NCBI GenBank assembly: GCA_973895155.1
Contig: OZ316896.1
Location: 7,573,278 to 7,637,277 of the forward strand
Direction: 5' to 3'
DNA from: Marsupella aquatica
Taxonomy: Eukaryota; Plantae; Marchantiophyta
DNA: 64,000 bases
The notes under the pieces were generated by a model. It saw only the letters and a list, made by a program, of their open reading frames with translations, made no database searches and was not told the origin of the DNA. Shown one piece after another: positions 38,461 to 51,400 of the stretch. Each line of letters starts with the position of its first letter. The stretch's first letter is position 1. Made by a program: the position numbers and the translations under genes.

Positions 38461-39319
38461 ATGATGTAATGGGAGATAAACTTCAAACATCTTAAGCTAA
38501 GAAAAATCCAAATTTAGGAAGACCCCGTATTTTACGGATCTCCCTAGATATGGTGTAGCCTAAAGTTTGCGTGGTCTTAAGGCAGACCCTAATGTCTACA
38601 TACAGTTTCATGAAATAATGGAACCTTATATTTGAATGCATTAACCTTATATACTCACATTAGTATTAAGATCTGGTAGAAGATGAATATCACATCCAAG
38701 GGGTATACATTGTTGTTTGAATAATGGTAAAAACTTCTCAGAACCTTGAAATACAAGCTATATGCCACTAAATCTTGGGAGTAAAAAACAAACTGAACCC
38801 TAAACCACACATGTCTGTAAAAGATAAACTGAGAGGACTCCAAAAGTCAAGAAGCTGGCTAAGCTGACCCAATGAAGGTAAGTGGCTCAATACATAACAC
38901 TTTAAGAGAAACTCCACTCCGGATTACATGGAGCTTAGATTTGGGAAACTAGAACAAGAATGAGCTCCGAAGTGGGCATCTCCCAAATTATACCCTTCGC
39001 TCGAGTCGGCTCAACCGGAAATTGCGTGAAGATAAGGGTTGAGTACGCGTTCACCTTAGCTTGCGGACACACCTTATCTTCACGAGCCTAATTGCGTGGG
39101 GACTACCATGGAAGGTTGTTAGGTATGCAGGACATCAAGGAAGGAGGCCGTATGCAAGGTGAGGGCAACGGGCCGTATGCAAGAGCAGGCCATACGCCAG
39201 AGCAGGCCGTACACCAGAGCAGGCCGTATGCAATAGAAGGAGGCAACCGGCCGTACACAGGCCGGGGTGAGGCAGGAGGGGGTAAAGGGACGGAGAGGTC
39301 CAGCCAGGACCTCATTTTC

Positions 39320-39480
39320 ATTCTCTCACTCTTCGCTCTCTCGCTCTCTCGCTCTCTCGCTCTCCTCCTCACTCTCTCGCTCTCCTCTTGCTCTCCTTGC
39401 TCTCTGCTCTCCGCTCTCTCTCTGCTCTCCGTTCTCTCTCTGCCTCCCCGCCTCCGCCTGCCTCTGCCTTCCACCTTCCA
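39320..39480. repeat. CT-rich microsatellite-like tract upstream of the ParB-MTase gene
   Basis: CTCTCTCG/CTCTG repeats about 80-230 bp upstream of ATG 39556, typical of plant 5' regions. Confidence 0.8.
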
Positions 39481-39715
39481 CCTCCATTCTTTTTTATTGC
39501 CCTAGATTGGACGCCTGCTAAGACGCCACGTGACACGCTGCCACGTGTTAGAAAGATGGAAGTGAATCGCATCCTTGTGATGTCCTACGTGGAAGAAACG
39601 GAGGAGTTTGACCTCTCCTCTATGAGCGACAGTGTGGAACTGGCACTCAAAGACTCTAGACAATTTCAATCACGAATCCCTAGTAAGTATCCATCACCTA
39701 TCCTCCCTAAGTCTT

Positions 39716-39950
39716 AGAGGACTGGGACCATCCGAGTCCAAACTTGGACTCGGACCATCCCAATCCAAACTTGGACTCGGACCATCCAAATCCAAAGTTG
39801 GACTCGGATGATCCCAATCCAAAGTTGGACTCGGACCATCCCAATCCAAAGTTGGACTCGGATGATCCTAATCCATCTAGGAGATTGAATCCTGATTGTA
39901 GGAGCAAGTCTAAAACCATCTCAAGTTGGACTAGGACCATCCTAATCCAA
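39716..39950. repeat. Intronic 27-bp palindromic repeat cluster (same family as 37580-38460)
   Basis: About 6 tandem units plus a copy at 39926-39950, inside predicted intron 39683-40011. Confidence 0.9.
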
Positions 39951-41712
39951 CAAGAGTTATTCGAATGTTGTAAAGGTTTCAAGTCTAACATGGATGACGT
40001 TTATGATGTAGGGAGCGATCTTGTTGTTTTCAAACCCGTGATTGCACCGACCCACTGCCTGGACGGATTCTTACTAGATGAGAGATCCCCACGCTTTCAA
40101 TGGGGGCTTGAGTTCTCAAGAACCCCGCTTAATAATGAAGTGCCATCAACCACGATTGAACCTGTTTTGACCTTAAAGTGCAGAGGAAATGATAGCCTGA
40201 CTTTTGTTTGCGGACCTGTGGTCTCTGTTGGCATTGGAGGGAGAGGGATGAATACGGTCATTCTTGAGATGCACGATAAGTCCTGTTGGGTTAAAGTTAA
40301 CCTTCTGTCAAAGGCATACTCCTCTGAATTCAATGTCGAATGGCACGCAAGTGGGGAATTGAGCGTTTTGTCAATGGGATTTTTTCCAAAGACCTATGAC
40401 ACAAAGAAGTTGGTCGCCGGGGTAACTGGTATGCTTTCAGTCGACATTATGTATGGGTTTCAATATTTGAAACTCAACATGATGAAGCACCAAGGCAATT
40501 TTTCTTTTGCAACTACCTGGACGTTAAGCAATTTACTTGAGAAAGCTGGATTGTTATTGTTGGAGTCGGAGGAGCCTGGTGTTTTAATTGATAAGGATGT
40601 TGCATTTGCTCCCAAGTTTGATTCAGTCAAAGCAAAGCAATGGATAGAATCTTTGTCCAAGGCGAGAAAGCTTCCAGCGGTGAATACAAACCCTGTGCCC
40701 AAGAAAGCGCCAGAGAAAGCTCTAGAACCTACAACAGAGACCGCGGGAACTACAACAGCGACCTCTCAAAGAGCAGTGGGAAAACGAAAACAAAGCCAAA
40801 GGAAACCTTCGGTTGAGAAGAAACTTCCGGTTGAGAAGCCGAGTTGAGAAGCCAGTTGAGAAGCCGAGTACGAGAAGCCAAGTTGAGAAGCCAGTTGAGA
40901 AGAAACGTCCGGTTGAGAAGCCGAGTGCAAGTGAAAAGAGACCAAGACAGAAGAAGAAACAGAAAATTGACAGTGCCATCATGGATGACACTACAAAAAA
41001 CCTAACAGTGCATTCACAAGATGTGGACGAGCAGTTGGACGCTCCTGAGGAGAAGAAGGTCTTAGAAGGTAATGAGGTATTGCAACAAATGGAGCAATAT
41101 TATACGTTTGGGATCAATTCGATATTTCTATTCCTGTAGACAGTATTTTCCCTGCGTCGGCAAGACTCTGTTACAGAATGTTGAATGCAGAACATGTAAA
41201 GGAGGTGGCCAATTCCATGATAAGAAATCCGGGGCATGAACCACACATAGCAGACTTGATTCCTTACACTACAAAACATAGAAACCTAATGCAATATGAC
41301 AACACAGAATCAGATAGAAGGGACTTTGTAGCAGCCGTGAAAAAGGGCGAGGTGCAATTCCTTGCCATTAGCGGTCAACATTCGGCTAGAGCAGCCAGAT
41401 GGATTCGAGAATGGGCAAACAAGGATGCCAAGCTGACAGCATTGGCGAAAAAGCTGGAATTTCGAAAGTCAAGAATATTATCTCATCGAACACCATCGTC
41501 AATATTAGTTGAGCATTCAATGCGATCTAATGCGATCAATAGCACGATGGTGTTTCAATCATGCTTCAAAGATACAGTCATTCATGCTAGGCGACAATTT
41601 GTGGAATGTGGAAAACCTAGCCGTCCAAAACATGGGGACAACAAAACAAACGCTCAAGACAATCAAAAATTTCAGGTACGAAGTGTTACTGGTTGATGGG
41701 TACAATACCGTA

Positions 41713-42110
41713 GATTCATGCACATTCAATAGAATATTTCCACTGATATCGCCTAGTTTTGCGTTGGACTGGGACCATCCCAGTCCAAATGGATTCATGC
41801 ACATTCAGTAGAATCTTTGTCCACTGATATCGTCTAGTTTTGTGTTGGATTGGGATGGTCCTAGTCCAAATGGATTCATGCACATTCAGTAGAATATTTC
41901 CACTGATATCGCCTAGTTTTGCGTTGGACTGGGATGGTCCCAGTCCAAATGGATTCATACACATTCAATAGATTATTTTTCCACTGATACTGTCTAGTTT
42001 TGTTCTGGACTGGGATGGTCCCAGTCCAAACTAAATCATCCACATTCAATAGAATATTTCCACTGATACTGTCTAGTTCTATGTTGGACTGGGATGGTCT
42101 CAGTCCGCAC
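41713..42110. repeat. Intronic ~80-bp tandem repeat (5 copies), each with the hairpin TTGGACTGGGA-NNN-TCCCAGTCCAA
   Basis: Perfect 11-bp arms at 41764-41788 and 41924-41948, inside intron 41676-42170. Confidence 0.93.
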
Positions 42111-45075
42111 CTGAGTGCTATCAAACAATTGAGTTATGGAGAACTAACAGACTTTCCTTTGCAATTGTAGGATTGGTTGGCTCTTGCAAGAATGACCATG
42201 GGAAGGAAAGATTGTCGAAATGTTTACTGGTTACTGTTTGTGGACGATGCTCTTTTTGAGTTATGGAGTTTGGTATGCCAGTTGTGGTTGGATGGGAAAC
42301 TTCCCGATGGAGCTGGGGTAGAAGGAAATGAGAAGTCTGAAAAAGCAATTACTGTTGCCATGTTTCGTTGTTTTGATGGTGAGTTGATCTCACAATGAGA
42401 CATCACAAGAATACTGACGCGGGTGAAGTCAGGAAAGGTATTGCTAAAGAAAGATGCCTCTAATAAATCAGACATGCCATCTATAGAGGAGTTGGCCAAA
42501 GATGTGAAGATCGTGCGGAAACTGAAGTCCCTTATTGAAGACTACTATTGCACCAAGGATGCGGTGAATTTCCCAGAAAATACTAATTGGGGGAAAGTAG
42601 TGGAGGTTCTTCCTACGCTAGCAATTGATTCAGAGTTCAACAGGTGTCGAAGAGCCGCTGGCAACATCTATCTTGCCAACCTTTTAAAACCAAATCATAC
42701 GCGGGAGAGCGCAATCTTGCCGACGGCATTGGCATTCCGCCTAGATGATATATACTGCCAAAAATTTGGTGGAGGATCACGTTCTCGGACCCTACCATGG
42801 GCTACATTTTTTAGCGACAATCTCATGAAGACCATTGATCTAGAGTCATTGCAAGAAGCTCCTCCGACCTGCCCTCTTGCCATTGTTGATTTTAGCCGGC
42901 TTTCGCAAAAACAAGGACTGAAGCAGAGATTCTTGTTCTCTTTGAATACATTGTGGAGCTTCCACAAAATCCCACGATTGTTGTGACGATAATAGTTCAT
43001 CCTGGACAACTTGCATTGAATGTCCATGGTGCCCTTCGTAAACTGGGACAAGAGAAAGCTTTGACCATTCACATTGAGTATGGGAGTTATTCTCGAGATG
43101 ATCAACCGCACCCTCATGACTCATGTTGGGGTGGGGGGATTGAAGAAGTTATCTTTGCGGGGATTTCTCGAGATGAAGACGTCAATTGGAATGAAGTTTT
43201 CAAGCCCAACTATCCAAAGCCAAAATTCTTGTATACTGCAAAGGATGTTGATTATGAAGTATGCAAGATCGACAAGGGAAAGGGGAAGGCTAAGGAATCA
43301 GATGAGGGGACACAAAACGACGACCTAAAAGTGGTTTTGGACCCGGAAGAGGCCGTCAAGATTATGAATATGGCCCCTCAATTTGAGACAGTTGGCAGTC
43401 GCGGAGGGTGGGTTAATCCTCATGCCAAACCCACGCGGATGATCCAAAGGATTATTGAATCCTTGTCAGAACTGGGAGATTTGGTTCTAGATTTTTTCTC
43501 CGGTGGCCAAGTCATGAAGACATCATTTTTTTGCGATAGGGAATGCTTTGTTTATTGTGACTCTCACTCCGAGAGGCATTTTGTGGAAGCTTTTGCTTCC
43601 TACCTTTGCGAGAGAGTTCCCTCACTTAAAGCTCATTGTGAATCACTTGCTGAAAATTCTCGACAATGGGCTACCACTGTTGCGCCTGTAGCTGTTGCTG
43701 TTGAATCCGATGGTTCTGAGTCTGAAGATGTTGCTGACAAAGTGGCTGAAGGCGTAGAGGCATCAGAGGAGGCATATGTCAAGATTTTGGATGACCGTGT
43801 TGGTCAAGGGGAGCCTTATGATGTAGATGATGATATTGGACTTGCACCAAACCGTTCATCTAGTTTAGATGACATCCCTCTGGGGCCCAATGAAGTTCAA
43901 GTTGATGATAACTTGGACAAGGATGATCCCAATCCAACAACGCCGGGAGGACAGATGGAGCAACTGGAAGGAGCAAGGGTTGATACGTTTGATCATCTTT
44001 CTTCAACCAATCTGCTCAGGGGTCTCACTATATGGGGACCTCCCCATCGCCTGCGACGTTTTTAGGCCTCGGACCCCCTAAAATGTAAGAAAAAAAATTT
44101 ATTTATTAACCCCTATAAAGTTGGAATATTCTTGGAATATTCTAAAAATTGGATTAAAAGGACCCTAATGTTCTTATAAGTCTCAAAATTGAATTTAAAA
44201 GACCCTATTGTTCTTCTACAAAAATTCTTAAGTCTTCCCTTAGAACCAATAAAATGACCCTATCCTTCGTCGCACGTGATATGCCATTTTTGTGGAAGTG
44301 AAACCCCCGAGCCAATCTGATCAATGAAGGCGCAACGAGGCTCGGAGATTCAAATGAAGCTGAAACTAAAGAATTGACTCGGGGGGAGACCGAGGGGGAG
44401 ACTGGCGGATTGCTTGTCATTCCGATCAATCCAGGAGGAAATGCATCAACGGCTACTGACAACCAGGCAGGTGCTTCAACTTGTCCTGACACACTCTTTT
44501 CAGCTTCTGATGACAAATTGGTGTTCGTTCGTTCACACTCGGGGAGTCCTACTGTCCTTCCGCTCTCAAAAAAGAAAGGAAATAGAGTTGGATCAACTGG
44601 ATGGAGGTCATTGGAATGCGACGCACGATGTTACGTGTGGAAAAGTGGGCCAAATCGAGGCCAAGAAATATCATTGGATGCTGCTCCTTCAATTCTCAAT
44701 AAGGAGGAGTATAAGAGTGGAGAATTGGGGTTGATAACTCCTGTTTGGACTTCACCTTATTGGGTAGAACAAAGTACTTCAGATGTCAATTTTGAAATCC
44801 AATAGGAGCTTGGTGCTGACATGATTATTGATGAATACGGATCTCTTATTTCGGAATGAAATTCAGCCTTTGACTTTGTATTTATTCATATCAATCTAAA
44901 ATACTTCTCGGTCTCACAAAATGCGCTCACCAATTAAAGTCTCCATATCCGTCTACACATTGTGAGGCTTCTAAAAATGGTATGTAGGTTAATTTTCTTT
45001 TTTGTCAGCCATTGTCTTGTATTTTTGGACTGAGACAATCCTAATCCAAAGTTCACTTTTGGTCTTTTCTCTGAG

Positions 45076-46135
45076 AATGGTGTTTGGTGCACTTGCAGAA
45101 TCGAGACCTGGTCCCCTCAAGCGGAAGTTGCTGATTTTGGACCTTAATAAAATACTTTGGGATTCCATTGAATTCCAAAGCAAGGGCACATCCAAGAATA
45201 TTGTCACCTCAAGTGGAGTGCATTGGGATAGATCAAATGGAACTAGTCGCATGTATACAGAGAGGCCAGGGCTCCATGAGTTTCTAAAGTTGGTTTTTGA
45301 CCGGTTTGACGTTGCAATTTGGACATGTGCTGGGATGTCGCAAACAGTGAAAATGTTGAACATGATGTTCACAATTGAGGAGCGGTTGAAACTGAAGTTT
45401 GTATTCACATAGGTGGAAGCCTTTGACACAGGCATTCAAAGGCGTGACATTACAAATGGAAAGGAAAATGTGCTATTGAAGGATTTTCGGGTGGTATGGA
45501 GTGCATTTGGAAATCTATATGATGAAACCAACACACTCCTTGTGGATGACTCCCCCTTGAAGGCATTTGCCAACCCAGACATGATTGGACTATTTCCAGT
45601 GCCCTACATGCATGCCAATCGTGGAGACAATTTTCTTCTAACAATTCTTTGGCCATGTCTTGAGAAACTGTCACATGCAAGTGACATTCATTGTTATCTT
45701 CTCCTAAACTCTCCAAAGTGGTCTCTATTGCACATTAAGAGAGACAAGGCAAAAAATGAGATTACTTATGATCAACTTAGTAAGAGATGTGCAGCAAAAA
45801 TTTGGAAGTCACAGTATAGGCATAGTGTGCTGGACCTCAATAGCAATGAGATTCCTTGGGCTATGAAGCACCATATATGCAGCTTACGTCCTGAGGTGGA
45901 ACTTGACGATGCACTTGTCACCTCACTTGCTAGATCATTTGTAGGACGGGAATATTCAGGTCTGTATAGAGAAAATCCCAGACACTTTTTGCGGGAGATT
46001 ATAGCAGTTAGGAACAACACCACCAAATTTCATCTCCCTGAAGATAAAGGGAGTTGCAACCGTGACATTAGGGTAGATAGTAAAGGAGACAAAGGCACGT
46101 GCTCAAATAAATATTGTAAGGAGCACTTTGTTTAG
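45076..46135 (+). pseudogene. FCP1-homology/NIF (HAD-family CTD phosphatase-like) protein
   Basis: KRKLLILDLNKIL, ERPGLHEFL..VFDRFDVAIWT, LLKDFRVVW, YDETNTLLVDDSPLKAFANP. One in-frame TAG at 45410-45412 joins the two ORFs. Confidence 0.88.
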
Positions 46136-46384
46136 AGATCTGACTCATGTTAAGCCCATTAGATAGTAAAAATGGGTGCCAGCCCTGGATATTCATTGTA
46201 AGTTTGGACATAATTGTATATAATTATTTTCACACATTATCAATCAATGGTCCTTGCCTGGGCTTCTTTGTGCGGAAATGTTTTTACAAGTATGATCTCT
46301 ATCCCATGGTTCTTTGTGAACTAATAAGTAATATAATACTATTATATTATATTATATTATAATAATATAATACTAATAAGATTT

Positions 46385-46470
46385 GGCCTATAAAGTGTAC
46401 ATTTAGGTATCAAAAAGTGTACATTTGGGCTTCGTAAAGTGTACATTTGGGGACATAAAAGTGTACATTT
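46385..46470. repeat. Right subterminal repeats AAAGTGTACATTT
   Basis: Four copies next to the right TIR, same motif as at the left end. Confidence 0.9.
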
Positions 46471-46521
46471 CAGGACTGATTTGTGAACAAAAGAAAATAC
46501 ACTTTTAATGAATAGGTTGAT

Positions 46522-47383
46522 AATAATGACACACAACACCGCCCTCTTCGATAAAAGATCCGACAGCATACTGACCACTAAGCTTTGGAGTACCCTGCCA
46601 TGCCTTAGCATTTGCCTTCTTCTTCCTTTGGAAGTACTTGCAGGACTTGTTCCGACATTCAATAAATCCCGTACAGGTAACCTTATCGAATTGCCAAAGT
46701 TTTTTTGGCTGAACGTTTGCGGTAGTGGGAAATATGCGTGTCCAAATGTAGCAATCTTTGGCACGGTCCATGTCCCTTAGCCTAGAGCCTTTAAAGAGCA
46801 TCTTGTCAATGGGTGGCAATTCAAACATGACGTTCCCATTATACTTAGTTGGCAGATAAGAGACTTGCTCATGTCTGAAATCACCCGCTGATATGAACCT
46901 CGATAACTCGCTATGACCAGTGGATTTGAGTAACGTATCCATTGCACTCCGCCGATACACAACCTCCAACTGGTTGGAGCTTCCTGGAGTCTCACCTTTA
47001 ACGACAGCATGTTGCGGGACTTTCATCTTCAACGGAGGACTTGGAGTGTGATCTCCATCTTCACTAGAAGAAATCTCGACAACATCAAATGGAACTTGGG
47101 GGACACTGGACAGTCCTTCATGTTGTCTTACTCAAAGTGAGTACAAAATCCCTGCGTATAGATGCCAAAACTGTTCATCATCATCCACATTGAATGTTGT
47201 TGCATCTTCGATGTCATCACTGGTTTTGAGCTCTCGAACAATGGCCTCAATATCATTCATCTTCAAATCAAATCTCCCGCAAAGGTATCTCTCCCGGACC
47301 TGCTTGTACGTGTCTTCCTTAGGGACGGGGATGGTCACAATATCCCCAGTCCCGAATCGGGATAGAACGATGGACCGAGACAT
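46522..47383 (-). pseudogene. MULE transposase 5' part (WRKY/GCM-like Cys-rich N-terminus)
   Basis: YLPTKYNGNVMFELPP..MDRAKDCYIW..CTGFIECRNKSC..VCHY continues in frame at 33150 after the inserted element is removed. TGA at 47132. Confidence 0.8.
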
Positions 47384-48474
47384 TGCAATCAAAAACAAAT
47401 AACGAGGGCTGTAATGTTTTGGGGAAGAAAAGTCTATGGGAATATGGAGCTTATATCAGTCGAACCTGGGAACTTCACATTAACAGATCCGTTTGTATAA
47501 GACATAAAACATAGTCGACATAGGATCCGTTGGCACCATAAATGAATTTTGTCATTTTTCCCCGATAAGTCCGGATGTCAGACGCATACATACTTCCAAA
47601 AAAGACACCAGAAAAATCTTTAACAGACTCTAAGATATTGTATAGTTGGAACAATTTGAGTAGCGCCTGGCGCTAACTAAAATACCTCAAACATAATGTG
47701 CCCAAAATCTCTAATATTCCATACTAGCGCCTGGCGCTAGTATAGAAAAAATCTCCAGATATACATCAATACTATGAGGTAATTGGATTTAAATGGTCAA
47801 TGAAAATGTGAATTCTCTTAGAACTGTGGATGAAAAATTCTACTTTTCACTAGCGCCAGGCGTTAGTATAGGATGCAAGTAATGTTTCCCAAAAACCATT
47901 AAAACAATAGACATTTCTTTAAATATGGGGGTTGTTTTGACAAAATTTATGTACTAGAGCCACTATTGCAGACCTATTTTATAGCTGTTGTTTTTACTAG
48001 CGCCGGGCACTGCCTTGACAATCATCCCAATTATCTACTTCAAGTGAAGGTGTTTATAATAGCGCCCAACGCTAGTATTCCGAGTAAGAGAGGAAAACGG
48101 TAACATTTAACGATAACTTATGAGTTCCATGTGTGTTACGCTTCTTCTACCGCTTGATTTAGCTAATTAAGTTCTCCGCATACATACATTGGAATCCGCC
48201 AAACTTACGAGCTTCTCGCTTTAATCGAAGCATTTCGCTGAATTCCACCCTCCTTCTAGAGTATATTACTCGTTGAGAGTTGATTAGAGTTCCATAATTT
48301 CATTGTATGATAGTTTGTACGCTTCTGGAAGGAAGACGATGGAGGTATATATTCCCCACTTCATCCGGAGGGTATAGTGCAATTCCTGACCAGGAGCGAG
48401 CTTATTTTGAATCCTCGTAGTCTTCGTTTACTGGTTTAGTTTATACACGTCGTGTAACTCATTCCATAAAATTC

Positions 48475-51400
48475 TTGCCTCCTACTTCTGATAGCACTGT
48501 TTTGCTTCCTAAATCTCTGCGTAGAAAGATGGAGAACCTCAACACGATTGCGATCCAGGATGTTTTGGACTGCGCACTCGCGGAGACTGATGTCATCTCA
48601 AAACATGTCATGTGTTTTGGAAAGGATTATCGTGGATTTGACAAGGAGCCGCCTCGAATCCCTCTATGCCGATTGGTTCATATGGAGGTGGTTCATACTT
48701 TGCAGAAAGACAACTCTTCCATCGAGAAGCTAAAAGACTCATTTCGTAGTATGGGTTACAATTCATCCATAGGAATGCGTTTCTATGTGCAGCCAACGGA
48801 TGAGAATGGAATTGTTCTGACCTGTACCCAAGAGATTCGTGAGTCATGGGATCCAATTTGGCAATTGGAGAACGAGAAGTTTGAGGCTGAATGCGAGGCC
48901 GACCCAGATTTTCTCGTGTTGAAGGATAAGATGTTCTCTGTCTTTGATGGAAATCATAGGCTGTACTCTTGGACGCTTGTTACTGAGGAGAACCCAGACA
49001 ATCCAAAATACCATCCTCGAGTGCTCTGCACAATATTTAAGGGAGACAAGGGATCTGTTATTGAAATTGAGGCAGCTATGCACACCGTCAATCAGTAAGT
49101 TCTTGTTCTTTTCCGGTTACTTCTTTGAATCTTGCGAGTGTTCTATTTAAGAGCGCTCGGCGTTGGTTATAGATCCCGTTATAGATAAATTGTACTTCGA
49201 CTCTAACTCACTGCGTCTCTTCGTGTACTAGGCTTGGCCAAGCCGTTGTTGAGCCATCCCGAATCCTTGATGCAAATAGAATCAAACAAATTCTGGCGCA
49301 TGACCTTGAGTATTACAGTAAACTGATTGACCCGGCTAATTTCAAGAAGTTTGAGAGCATTTGGCTGAAGACTTGGAAGGGGTCATGGTATACGAAGAAG
49401 ATGCCACAGGAAGCTCTTGTTTACATTCTATGTGAGAATAAGATAAAGTCCTATTCGCACCAATTCAAGCTTGACATGGAGGCAGCCAAGGCTCAATGGA
49501 GTCCCTGGTTGGTGGACAAGATTTCCAAACGCCATGCGGCCATGATGAAGGACGCAACCAAAGACTGGGCAGTGAAGTCCTCAAAAATTACGCCCTTGTT
49601 AAGTCCTAAATTTGAAGATTTTCTTAGTACATGTGCAAAAATGTATGCTATCACAAAGAGAAACAAGAGAGAGAAGAAGCCTAACGCCATCGTATGTACA
49701 ATGGACCGCGCCCAATTTTTCACTGCTGTTTCTGCCCTAGACCCAAAGTTACAAAGCACCCTACTTGTGGCACATTGCAATCCTGAGCTACGAAGACAGT
49801 TTTTCCACCCAGAAAGTGTCAACAACGACCCAGTCAAACAATGGTGTCATACTTGGATCACTTGGAATAGTGTAGAGGGAATTGTTGTCGGCATGTTACA
49901 TTCATGTCTGCGTGAAGTAGAGCAAACGATGCCCGCGACTAGATTAGAAGAGTGGAATTGTGGTTTGTTTGATGATCTCGTTCAGTTTGTTACAAATGAA
50001 TTGAAGAGATATGGTAATTCTGTGAAGAGTAAGTTCTTTCACACTATGTGGCCTTCAAAGTATCCAGAAAAAGAAGACTACACCCAGAAAAACCAGAAGC
50101 GGGCTAAAAGGTATCTTTACAGGTTCTACATGCACATGGAGGTAACCAAACCTGATTACTTCTGGGCATATCCTGCAGCTTCCATGAAGTGGATTACAAT
50201 AAGTGAGGATGATGCCATAGCTGATTTGTACTCCATGTACCCAGTGGAGGGCATATTTCCTCCGAGACCTATGACAGAATGGGAGAGAACTCACTACCCC
50301 TGGTATCTAGATACAGATATGGGATTCTCCTTTTGATCAAAGGGAGAAAGATGCATTCCATAAGCTTTCACAGTCCCACATACCAGCAAAAATTGTGTCC
50401 GACATGAAGCAGGGCCTGCTAGACGATGTAGACAAGTCTGCCATAGACTTGCAAAGTATCTGTGAAACGACTATTCTTCATGTGGACCGTAGTCGCAAAC
50501 CTCGAGCGAAAGCAAAAACGGAGTTAGCAGCACCAAGCGAGTCAACAAAATCTGGGAGGAAAAGTGAGTATAGTGTTCCATAGTTTGGCCAGTGCCTGGC
50601 GCTGGCTAGACCTATCATGCGAATTCACATTTCTTTCTAGATTCTTAGGCCTTTGTTGAAACCTAAGTGATTTGCATTTGGTTAGCGCCTGGCGCTAGCT
50701 TGTTTGAATACTCGATATTTACTTGTTCTAACTAGGACCTATTGGTAATTTAGGAGGGAGGAAGTCTAATACTGCGGGAACAGGAGGTACTAAAGTGGAT
50801 GCTACACCTGAAGTTTCTGAGGCAAACATCGGAGCTCGATCGGACCCCATTACTCCTGTCGACAAGGGGAAGGTAATAGTTCCGGTCGACGCCACAAGTA
50901 CCAGGAAGAAATGAAAGAGAGCTATTGAAGGCGGACCTTCTTCAAGGGAGAGTGTTGCAGCATCTGGTGTCCAACGTGAAGTTGGAAACTTCAAAACTAG
51001 AGTGTCTCGTCATGCCATGGTTGAGACAAGCATATCCAAATTTTTTGACTCGACTTTCAACAAGGGGGAATGGGTTAGTAATGTGGAGAAGTGGGGGAAG
51101 GATCTTGTTAAGTCGGGATATAAAGAGAAGGGTGTTGTGCGGGGAGGAAAAGAAAGATCGTTTGGAGTGGATGCGGGTTTCATTTACCTACCGACCGGGT
51201 TCAAACCAATGATCGTAGATAAGAAGGTTCCTAAATGGAACACTCCAGATCACTCCATGGCTAGATCTTTTTTCAAATACATGGATCCATTTCTATCAGA
51301 TGATGGGTTCCTTGCAATTCTACACAATGGGGAGTACGATCCCATGTCTCAAGTCATTGCTGCCTGTCAGGAGTCGAGAAAATTTAAGTGCATATGCACG

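Larger units (their letters stand above)
39556..44065 (+). pseudogene. Gene A: ParB/Srx-like domain + beta-class N4/N6 DNA methyltransferase-like C-terminus
   Basis: Predicted exons 39556-39682, 40012-41675 and 42171 onward, with frame-preserving GT-AG junctions. ParB-like RMLNAEHVKEVANSM..IADLIP..FLAISGQHSARAA. MTase-like VNPHAKPTRMIQRIIESLSELGDLVLDFFSGG. Frameshifts near 40840, 41130 and 42940; TGA at 42396. Confidence 0.75.
33155..46521. mobile_element. Complete 13.4-kb TIR DNA transposon (DUF7869/Sola1-like) with cargo genes
   Basis: TIRs ATCAGCCTATTCATTAAAAGTATATT (33155) and reverse-complement ATCAACCTATTCATTAAAAGTGTATT (46521). TSD AATA at 33151-33154 and 46522-46525. Removal restores the MULE frame ...GGVVCHYCDQIPFC. 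Family label comes from motif recall. Confidence 0.9.

Noticed and set aside
37465-38469. ORFs with DGPSP/WIGMV repeats as real proteins
   Set aside because: Open in several frames as a by-product of the 27-bp period; a splice acceptor near 37528 suggests the array is non-coding.
41713-42110. CRISPR-like array (palindromic repeats at regular spacing)
   Set aside because: The intervening sequences are near-identical rather than unique spacers, the array is intronic, and no cas genes are present.
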